Below, piece by piece: positions 25,543 through 32,000 of a DNA stretch of 32,000 nucleotides. The notes under the pieces were generated by a model, which saw nothing but the letters and a program-made list of their open reading frames with translations, had not been told where the DNA came from and made no database searches. The stretch spans positions 570,001-602,000 of the forward strand of contig CP065016.1 in NCBI GenBank assembly GCA_016700375.1. Direction: 5' to 3'. Every line of letters starts with the position of its first letter. Within the stretch, counting starts at the first letter, position 1. The stretch is from Candidatus Saccharimonadota bacterium (lineage in GTDB: Bacteria; Patescibacteriota; Saccharimonadia; Saccharimonadales; UBA4665). Made by a program: the position numbers and the translations under genes.

Positions 25543-28436
25543 TTAAGCCCCTGGGTCTTTTTTAGCTCAATTGTAAGCTCTCTGCTATCTATCGAAACAA
25601 CCACAGCATATGAGTCCGAACCGGGGTTTGCAAAAGTTTGAGCCAAAGTTTCTGCCTGTATGGTTTGTGCGTGTTCATCAACGGCCTTTGCGAGCTCGTC
25701 GTCTACTGTCGACAGCTGCAGTACTATTCTGTCGTCAACGTTTAGCCTCGCTTGTTTTCGAGCATTTTGCACGCCGCGTATCACCTCTCGCATCATACCT
25801 TCACGCTGTAATTCAGGTGTTATATTTTTGTCTACAGAAACAGTCGTTTTTACTTCATTGGCATATTTTACTTCTTTTACATTCACTTCATCGGCTATAA
25901 TCACTTCAAAATATTCGCCTAGCCGCTGCCCGCTGTAGCTTAAACTTGCGAGTGGCTGCCGGACCTTAACCTGCGGCTCGTCTTCACTCTTAAACATCCG
26001 GGCCGCCAGTCCTTGCTCTATAATGCTACGCGTTTGCGCCATCTCTGTCAGTATCCGTTCGTCAATCGCTCCTTGCGCTGGCCAATCCAGCAAGTGAACG
26101 CTTTCGCCACTGGTGAGCTTACGGTAGAGTTCCTCGGCCAAAAACGGTGTAAACGGTGCCAGTAGCACGCTGAGCCGCACAAGTACGTAATGCAATGTTT
26201 TGTAGGCATCATTTTTATCGGCATCATCTTCACTCTTCCAGAATCGTCGCCGGCTGCGCCGAACATACCAGTTACTGGCATCGTCAAGAAACGGTAGGAC
26301 CTCACTGACCGCTTCGGGGATATTATAGTCATCCATATGGCGTGTTATGTGTTGTTGTGTCTGATGTAATCTCGACACTATCCAACGGTCAAGTGGATTG
26401 CTCAGCTCTGTTAATGGGTCTTCAAGCGCACCAGTCCACTCCCACCCATCGACCTCGGCATACATTGTGAAAAAGTCATACATGTTCCATACCATTGCCA
26501 ATTTTCGCTGCACATCCTGCACGTCTTTGTCGAGAAGGCTAAAGTCCTCCCCGGCAAGTACAGGCGAACCGAGTAGCAAAAAGCGCAGCGCATCGGCACT
26601 GTATTCATCCATAAGTACATTTGGATCAGTGAAATTCCCATAGCTTTTACTCATCTTGCGACCGTCGTTACCAGCAAGTGTCCCGGTTACGATGCAGTTC
26701 TTAAACGAGTTTGCTCCAAACAGACCAACGGAGACCGCGTGCAGGTAGTAGAACCAGGCTCGCACTTGCCCAACGTATTCAGCAATGAAATCGCCCGGAA
26801 AGCTTGCCTCAAACTTTTCCTTATTCTCAAACGGATAGTGGAACTGCGCAAAGGGCATGCTACCGCTCTCGAACCAGCAATCCATAACTTTATCGATGCG
26901 TTTGTAATGCACCCCATCTAGGTCAAACTCAACATCGTCTATCCATGGCCGGTGGTAATCCTCTAACTCAATCCCGCTCAGTTCTTTAAGTTCTGCATAG
27001 CTACCTACTACTTTTATGTGTTCAGTCCCGTCTTTACTTACACCTTTCCATACTGGCATGGCCGTAGCCCAAAATCGGTCGCGGCTGAGGTTCCAGTCTG
27101 GCGCACTTTCAACCGTCTTGGCAAAACGACCATGTTTCACGTGCCCCGGAAACCAGTTAATGTTTTCATTTTGCTCAAGCATCGCTTCGCGCTGCTCGGC
27201 TATATCCATAAACCAACTCGGGTGTGCCCGGTACATTAGCTTCGTGCCGCATCGGTGGCAGTGCGGGTAGCTATGACGAATGTAGTCGATTTTCCACACG
27301 ACACCGCGCTCATGCAGTGTCTTCGCAATCGGTTTGTTCGCATCCCACACATTTTGGCCTGCCCATTCTCCATCAATATACAGGCCGTTATCGTCTATGT
27401 TGTTAACGAACGGGAAGCCCATTTCGCGCGACAAAGCATAGTCTTCCTCGCCGTACGCCGGGGCTAAGTGAACAATCCCCGTACCCTCTTCCATACTAAC
27501 GTATTCGGCGTGCCAAATACTGTGTGCTTTTTCACCACGGTTCTCAAAAAGCGGTTCATAACTCTTTCCAACAAGCTCAGAACCAGTGAAAGTACGTGTA
27601 ATTGTGTAAGGTACAACGTTGTGTTTTTCATCTGTTAGAGCTTTATCGAGCATCACTTTGGCAAGGATTAGTCGCTCACCAGCAACATTAACCTCGGCGT
27701 ATTCCTCATTCTTATTCACCGCAACGGCCGTATTGGCTGGAAGCGTCCATGGCGTTGTCGTCCAAGCTAAGACAGATGTATTCTCACCTTGGAGTTTAAA
27801 TTTTACAAAAACACTAGGGTCGGTAACATCTTGATAGCTGTTATCCATAGCGACTTCTGCCTTGGAAATTGGCGTCGCATCACGCGTGCAGTAAAGCAAG
27901 ACTTTCTCGCCTTCATATATTTTGCCTTCTTCGTACAGCTTTTTAAATGCCCACCAGACAGACTCCATATACTCTTTGTCCATTGTTTTGTATGCACCCC
28001 GGAAATCTACCCAGCGTCCAATCCGCTCTATGGTGCTTTCCCACAGGTCGCCGGTTTGCACCATATTGTCTCGACATGTTGTTATATAGTCCTCAATACT
28101 AACAGTGGTGCCTATGTCTCTGCGGTCTTTAATACCCAGTTTTTTTTCGGTAAATACTTCTGCCGGGAGGCCATGGCAATCCCACCCCCAAACCCGCTCA
28201 ACTCGCCGGCCTTTCATGGTCCAGTACCGTGGCACTGCGTCTTTTACAATTGAGCTGAGGAGCGTACCGTGGTGCGGCACACCCGTAATAAACGGCGGCC
28301 CATCGTAAAACACATACGCCCCCTCTTTTGGCCGCTGTTCCACCGACTTCTCAAACGTCTGGTGCTTTTTCCAGTACTGTACGAGGTCTTTCTCGTATTC
28401 TATGGCCTTCCGCCGAGTTCCACTCTTGAACTTCAT
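25539..28436 (-). CDS. ileS: Isoleucyl-tRNA synthetase, eukaryote-like (type 2), paralog 2
   Basis: 965 aa and colinear with paralog 1. It carries the same PHHGT, WTTTPWTLPAN, GTGIVHLAPAYGEEDY, WFESGSMPFAQ and KMSKSYGN motifs. A strong GGGAGG lies 5 nt upstream of the ATG. Confidence 0.9.
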   Translation of the reverse strand: MKFKSGTRRKAIEYEKDLVQYWKKHQTFEKSVEQRPKEGAYVFYDGPPFITGVPHHGTLLSSIVKDAVPRYWTMKGRRVERVWGWDCHGLPAEVFTEKKLGIKDRRDIGTTVSIEDYITTCRDNMVQTGDLWESTIERIGRWVDFRGAYKTMDKEYMESVWWAFKKLYEEGKIYEGEKVLLYCTRDATPISKAEVAMDNSYQDVTDPSVFVKFKLQGENTSVLAWTTTPWTLPANTAVAVNKNEEYAEVNVAGERLILAKVMLDKALTDEKHNVVPYTITRTFTGSELVGKSYEPLFENRGEKAHSIWHAEYVSMEEGTGIVHLAPAYGEEDYALSREMGFPFVNNIDDNGLYIDGEWAGQNVWDANKPIAKTLHERGVVWKIDYIRHSYPHCHRCGTKLMYRAHPSWFMDIAEQREAMLEQNENINWFPGHVKHGRFAKTVESAPDWNLSRDRFWATAMPVWKGVSKDGTEHIKVVGSYAELKELSGIELEDYHRPWIDDVEFDLDGVHYKRIDKVMDCWFESGSMPFAQFHYPFENKEKFEASFPGDFIAEYVGQVRAWFYYLHAVSVGLFGANSFKNCIVTGTLAGNDGRKMSKSYGNFTDPNVLMDEYSADALRFLLLGSPVLAGEDFSLLDKDVQDVQRKLAMVWNMYDFFTMYAEVDGWEWTGALEDPLTELSNPLDRWIVSRLHQTQQHITRHMDDYNIPEAVSEVLPFLDDASNWYVRRSRRRFWKSEDDADKNDAYKTLHYVLVRLSVLLAPFTPFLAEELYRKLTSGESVHLLDWPAQGAIDERILTEMAQTRSIIEQGLAARMFKSEDEPQVKVRQPLASLSYSGQRLGEYFEVIIADEVNVKEVKYANEVKTTVSVDKNITPELQREGMMREVIRGVQNARKQARLNVDDRIVLQLSTVDDELAKAVDEHAQTIQAETLAQTFANPGSDSYAVVVSIDSRELTIELKKTQGLK

Positions 28437-28485
28437 AGTGCCCTCCCTTGACTTTTATGCTTACCGGTAGTATACTGATTGCAGT

Positions 28486-28531
28486 GAACCGATGCAGTGA
28501 TGTAATGCGCAGCATCGGTTCCTTTTTTATT
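28486..28531 (+). terminator. Hairpin plus T-tract oriented for the plus strand, between the PD-(D/E)xK gene and ileS-2
   Basis: GAACCGATGC (28486-28495) and GCATCGGTTC (28512-28521) form a perfect 10-bp stem with a 16-nt loop. CTTTTTTATT follows on the plus strand only. On the minus (coding) strand there is no U-tract after it. Confidence 0.4.
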
Positions 28532-28533
28532 GC

Positions 28534-28911
28534 TCATTTCATCTCCTCCACACTTTCAGTTTTCGTAATCAGTATGATTCGCACAATATGCTTCTTGATT
28601 GCGCCGTGATGTCGTAACTGGTGACGAATCTTTGCAATATGTAATTTGCAGCGCCTCGCGTCGATAATGACATGCGTAGCCTGTTTGGATGCACGCTTCA
28701 ATTGCGTTTCGATAGTGTGCTTACTATTACCAAGAGGGCTTTTGATCTCCCATTCAACGCCATTGATTTTGCAATCTGGCGTCTGACTTGTGTCGCGCGC
28801 AATAAACACCGCATCGGCGCCAAGATACTCTGCGACTATACTCGCCGCCTCAATCTCAAACCGCTCCGGTCGTGGGTTAATATTGGTTGGAATGATAATA
28901 TTTTGTGACAT
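28534..28911 (-). CDS. Small PD-(D/E)xK nuclease-fold protein (resembles stand-alone restriction-endonuclease-fold toxin / CdiA-CT tRNase-type domains)
   Basis: 125 aa. The order of elements, FEIEAASIVAEY (helix with Glu), SQTPDCKINGVEWEIKSP (PD...ExK), then ETQLKRASKQATHVIID, fits the PD-(D/E)xK core. The assignment rests on motif pattern only. Confidence 0.4.
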   Translation of the reverse strand: MSQNIIIPTNINPRPERFEIEAASIVAEYLGADAVFIARDTSQTPDCKINGVEWEIKSPLGNSKHTIETQLKRASKQATHVIIDARRCKLHIAKIRHQLRHHGAIKKHIVRIILITKTESVEEMK

Positions 28912-28945
28912 TATTCATCTTTCCACGGTGTATTTGCCCTGCATT

Positions 28946-29473
28946 TCATTGCGCAACTCTTCTCATCTGTATCGACGGCATTTTATCGGCATGCAAATAG
29001 TCTGAACTAGGGACTTTCCGAAAGCCCTGCCTTTCATAAAATCGTTTCGCTCGGTCGTTATAATCTACTACCGCCAGCTCAACTGGTCTATCTGAATCCC
29101 AAAAATCGTTCGCTATATGCATCAACTTCTGAGCCGGGCCACTGCCTTGATATGGTTTAGCGACATAGAGTGCGCCCAAGTCCTGCCCTTCGGCGTGACG
29201 AGACGCATGCAGGAGGGCTACAACCTCACTACCAACAACCGCAACCTGGTACACCTGATCTTTGTCGGCTAGAAACTCTTCCACCCGCTGTCTACTTTCG
29301 GCAAGTTTATCTTCCTTGTCCCAGTCCTGCCACTTCTCACGCACCCACTCTTCTGGTACACCCGCATTGTCATTTGGGTAAGTATCGAGCCATGATTGGG
29401 CATGGAATGCACGTATCGCATAGACATCGTCCGTGGTTGCTTCTCGTATAACTGGTTGTGCTAGCTTAACCAT
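28946..29473 (-). CDS. GNAT-family N-acetyltransferase, copy 2
   Basis: Colinear with GNAT copy 1, about two-thirds identical by eye (YAIRAFHAQSWLDTYPNDNAGVPEEWVRE..., YQGSGPAQKLM, NDRAKRFYERQGF). I prefer ATG 29473 (MVKLAQP...) over the TTG at 29488 used by the track. The position then matches copy 1 relative to the conserved GAUUUUU(G/A)UUUGG leader end. Confidence 0.8.
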   Translation of the reverse strand: MVKLAQPVIREATTDDVYAIRAFHAQSWLDTYPNDNAGVPEEWVREKWQDWDKEDKLAESRQRVEEFLADKDQVYQVAVVGSEVVALLHASRHAEGQDLGALYVAKPYQGSGPAQKLMHIANDFWDSDRPVELAVVDYNDRAKRFYERQGFRKVPSSDYLHADKMPSIQMRRVAQ

Positions 29474-29690
29474 ATGCTTCCCAAACAAAAATCACCTCTG
29501 TTAAATATCGGATCCCGGGTGAATTTGCGGGAGGTACCATCCGATTTCTAAAAGGGGTGATCTTTTAGCGCTTAGTTACGTGGTCTGACAGGCCGTTCCG
29601 TTGGAATCTACTTTCTGGCTACGGCCAGATTTCTCTCCACTGCTTCGTGGTTGATAGCCACTAATCCGGCAAAGCCGAAACGCATTTAAT
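29474..29690 (-). promoter_or_regulatory. T-box riboswitch leader, Ile specifier (AUC), copy 2
   Basis: The 5' half (specifier hairpin, specifier at 29655-29653, and stem II) is identical to copy 1. The 3' half is diverged but keeps the fold:
- Stem III: CUAAAAG-AUCACCC-CUUUUAG.
- Antiterminator: AUCGGA-[UGGUACC]-UCCCG-CAAAUUCACC-CGGGA-UCCGAU.
- Then ...ACAGAGGUGAUU followed by UUUUGUUU.

A1 is fully compensated relative to copy 1 (GCCAGA/UCUGGC becomes AUCGGA/UCCGAU). Confidence 0.75.
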
Positions 29691-29696
29691 ACTGCA

Positions 29697-29726
29697 AGTA
29701 TACGCCCTCCCACCCACCTAGCACAA
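29697..29726 (-). promoter_or_regulatory. Candidate promoter of operon 2 (identical to the operon 1 promoter)
   Basis: TTGTGC (29726-29721), 18 nt, TATACT (29702-29697), inside the block that is identical between the two units. Confidence 0.4.
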
Positions 29727-29750
29727 GCTCCACTCTTATCCAACGCAAAA

Positions 29751-31098
29751 TGAGCCTGAACCGCCTATCAGGTTCTAAAATACTATGAGCCTGAAATATC
29801 GACAGCTGGCATAGCATGGGAGGATGACTATTACTATGCAGCAACACACGCTACCAACTATTGAAGAACTCAGACAGTTTGTCTCAGGCACTCAGTCACT
29901 TGACCTTACAATCGTACATAAGCAAGAGGCTTATGCCTGGTTACAGCAACTGGTCGTTCGTCTTGACTACCAGCACTTGGGCAAAAAGACAAAGGCGTCG
30001 TTCGAGAATACGCCATAGCCGTCACGGGGTACAGCCGTGCCCAGGTGACTCGGCTTATTGGACAGTACCTGCGGACTGGCTGTATTGCGCTGGAGCCAGT
30101 GAACACGAGAAACCAGTTTGCACTGCGCTACACGCGTGAAGACATTGGGCTGCTAGCAGAGCTGGATGATGCCCATGATCGGCTCAGTGGCAAAGCGGCA
30201 AAAGTTCTAGCCCAACGAGCCTTTGTGACATTTGGCGATGCACGCTACGAACGACTTAGCGCAATCTCCGTCAGCCACATATACAATCTACGTGGCACCG
30301 TAACATACCGTAACCAAAGCCATACGTTCACCAAAACGCAAGCAACAACAATAGCTATTGGCGAGCGCCGCAAACCACGCCCGAACGGTCAACCTGGCTT
30401 CATCCGTATAGATACTGTCCACCAGGGAGATAAGGACAAAGAAAAGGGTGTGTACCACATCAATCTGGTTGATGAAGTTACCCAGTGGGAGGTGGTGGTC
30501 GCGGTCGAGAGAATCACTGAGCGTTACATGCTGCCAGCCCTCGAAGCAGCTTTGGTGCTGTTCCCATTTGTCATTGTAGAATTCCACGCCGACAATGGCT
30601 CGGAGTACATCAACAAACAAGTTGCTGCCCTCCTGAAAGCAATGCTCATCAAGCTCAGTAAGTCTCGAGCCTACCAAAGCGGAGACAATGGATTGGTTGA
30701 AACCAAGAATGGTAGCATTATCCGAAAAGCCCTAGGCTATGCGCATATACCCAGGGAATATGCTCCGGATATTAACAGCTGGTACTGTACGTGGTTTGTG
30801 CCCTACCTGAACTTCCACCGACCCTGCGGTTACCGCATAACGAGCGTTGACTCAAAGACGGGCAAGAGGACACATCGCTACCCAGTCAATGGGTACATGG
30901 TACCGTACGAGAAGCTGAAGTCATTGCCAGACGCCAAACAATACCTGAAGACAGGCAGCAGTTTTGAGAAACTAGACGAAGTGGCGTATGCTGAAAGTGA
31001 TACAGCTTGGGCGATAGCCATGAACAAAGCAAAAGACCAGTTGTTGAAGACACTATATACAAAACGCTAGCTGTTTGTTTCTGGTAGCTTCAGGCTCA
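29751..31098 (+). mobile_element. IS element copy 2 (same IS, same orientation as copy 1)
   Basis: IR-L lies at 29749-29760 and IR-R at 31089-31100. Across the 1.52-kb shared block (29598-31120 versus 23345-24868) I find two differences: one A missing from an A-run, and T to C at 30106. Confidence 0.7.
29824..31070 (+). pseudogene. Frameshifted copy of the IS transposase gene
   Basis: GGGCAAAAAAGAC (A6, 23730-23735) in copy 1 is GGGCAAAAAGAC (A5, 29983-29987) here. This splits the reading frame into 29824..30018 and 30045..31070. There is also a Met to Thr substitution (ATG to ACG at 30105-30107). Confidence 0.75.
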
Positions 31099-31152
31099 TT
31101 CTTGGATTGGAATATACTGCTCCCTTGTATGACTCAGGTCCACCTTGCCTCT

Positions 31153-31190
31153 AGTATCAAATGTGTCCCAGCTGGGACATATTTGATACT
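31153..31190. repeat. 38-bp near-perfect palindrome downstream of the small minus-strand gene
   Basis: AGTATCAAATGTGTCCCA-GC-TGGGACATATTTGATACT forms 18-bp arms with one mismatch. No adjacent U-tract. Confidence 0.6.
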
Positions 31191-31242
31191 ATCGATATCA
31201 TTTCTAGCACAGAGTTTTCAGATATGTGTTTCTTGTTTTAGT

Positions 31243-31515
31243 TTACATCTGCGAGTATGCAGCGACATCACGCATGAGCGGCAGTTCTTCTCCGGCCCAG
31301 CTGTTTACATAGCCACCATCGTTGTCGGTAACTATAATAGCTGGCGTTGACATAACATCATATATTTTTGCAAGCTCAATCCCCTCGCGGCTATCGACAT
31401 CTAGGATTTTTAGCGACGACTGATCTACGTCATGCTGCTTCTGTAAGTCATGCAGAAAAATCTCGACCTTCCGGGCGTGTTCAGAGTTTGGTTTATACAG
31501 CACAAGCACTTTCAT
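31243..31515 (-). CDS. Small hypothetical protein (possibly thioredoxin-like fold, no CxxC)
   Basis: I prefer ATG 31515 (MKVLVLYKPNSEHARKVEIFLHDL...STPAIIVTDNDGGYVNSWAG). The beta-alpha-beta start and a cis-Pro-like TP motif are reminiscent of thioredoxin-fold proteins. The 45-aa track extension looks non-coding, and TATACT lies just upstream of the ATG. Confidence 0.4.
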   Translation of the reverse strand: MKVLVLYKPNSEHARKVEIFLHDLQKQHDVDQSSLKILDVDSREGIELAKIYDVMSTPAIIVTDNDGGYVNSWAGEELPLMRDVAAYSQM

Positions 31516-31841
31516 AGCTAAAGTATACAACCGCCTGGCCTCAACACCAACCCATTGCAACCTCTCTTCACCCGAATCACGAATCTCAACACCACCGCAA
31601 AGGCGTGATTTTGAGCGATGCAAAGCGGAGTCGAAAGATATTCTTCTCACCTGTTTGTCCCATGATACAACAAGAAGATTCCTCGACTTCGCTCGGAATG
31701 ACAGGGATAGAACTTCGTGATTCAGGTAACCTTCTTTTTGACGTGATAGTTTACTTATTTACCCGATAGTAACGATGGGTAAACTTTTGGTTGATGCCAG
31801 AAAAAACAAACGTCGCTATAGTGGCTGGCATCATACCTAAT

Positions 31842-31877
31842 CAGAAGAAAGCCCCTGATGTTGCGAGGCTTTTTCTG
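31842..31877 (-). terminator. Hairpin downstream of the edge-truncated gene (weak terminator candidate)
   Basis: CAGAAAAAGCC ... GGCTTTCTTCTG on the minus strand forms an ~11-bp stem with one bulge and a 13-nt loop, 24 nt after the stop at 31901. Only a short U-rich tail follows. Confidence 0.3.
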
Positions 31878-31900
31878 GCTTGGGGACACGGGCACTTTCC

Positions 31901-32000
31901 CTATGAGCAGCCCGTTGTCGAGCCACAACTCGTGCAGACGTAGCAGCTGCCAGAGCGCTGAGTTTGGTTGCCACAGTTGTAGCAAAGCGGTGCGGTAGCA
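31901..32000 (-). CDS. C-terminal 32 codons of a gene whose start lies beyond the right window edge; Cys-rich zinc-ribbon-like tail
   Basis: The minus frame starting at 31999 reads ATAPLCYNCGNQTQRSGSCYVCTSCGSTTGCS* (CxxC...CxxCxxC). Such tails occur at the C-terminus of class II ribonucleotide reductases, among others. The identity is not determinable from 32 aa. Confidence 0.45.
   Translation of the reverse strand, partial: ATAPLCYNCGNQTQRSGSCYVCTSCGSTTGCS

Noticed and set aside
29824-31070. Programmed ribosomal frameshifting (IS3-like orfA/orfB) as the explanation for the split transposase in IS copy 2.
   Set aside because: Copy 1 encodes the same protein as one uninterrupted ORF. The only relevant difference is loss of one A in an A-run, so a mutation or sequencing error is the simpler explanation.
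31677-31702. GATTCCTCGACTTCGCTCGGAATGAC, which resembles a short hairpin repeat seen in many bacterial intergenic regions.
   Set aside because: There is a single copy in this window with only a 5-bp clean stem. Nothing can be concluded from it.
31755-31985. The 76-aa ORF on the minus strand near the right edge.
   Set aside because: It spans a hairpin and overlaps, in a different frame, the Cys-rich C-terminal coding segment (31901-31999) that reads as genuine protein. Its own sequence is Leu/Trp/Gln-rich and not protein-like.

Overview
Bacterial window at roughly 50% GC. All genes are on the minus strand except one small regulator and two IS transposase copies. The lineage cannot be established from this sequence. 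Giant repeat surface proteins and the eukaryote-like IleRS are compatible with a small-genome, CPR-like or epibiont organism, but that is a guess. All calls come from reading the sequence. No database search was run, and identities are judged by eye.

Layout, left to right:
- 1-5418 (-): a >1800-aa membrane-anchored Kelch/beta-propeller protein. It is missing from the supplied ORF track because it runs off the left edge.
- 5532-6146 (-): a vapBC (AbrB-type antitoxin plus PIN toxin) cassette bracketed by 24-nt direct repeats.
- 6569-17386 (-): a ~3600-aa surface protein with three tandem modules of tail-fibre-like and parallel beta-helix (depolymerase-like) type, and a CBM-like C-terminal region.
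- 18002-18310 (-): rplU with a terminator.
- 18465-18944 (+): a PaaX/Cas2-like wHTH regulator bracketed by two identical 35-36-bp palindromes.
- 19221-31120: an accessory island, described below.
- Right end: a small hypothetical gene and a Cys-rich C-terminal fragment at the window edge.

The island is the most interesting part. It holds two diverged paralogous operons, each preceded by a promoter and an Ile-specific T-box leader (specifier AUC, UGGUACC bulge).
- Operon 1: GNAT, SGNH hydrolase, IleRS-1.
- Operon 2: GNAT, PD-(D/E)xK-like protein, IleRS-2, C26 amidotransferase.

Two near-identical, directly oriented copies of a DDE (rve-type) IS sit just upstream of the two promoters. They bracket operon 2 like a composite transposon. 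I read this, as inference only, as a tRNA-Ile-charging-sensing IleRS backup or inhibitor-resistance module.
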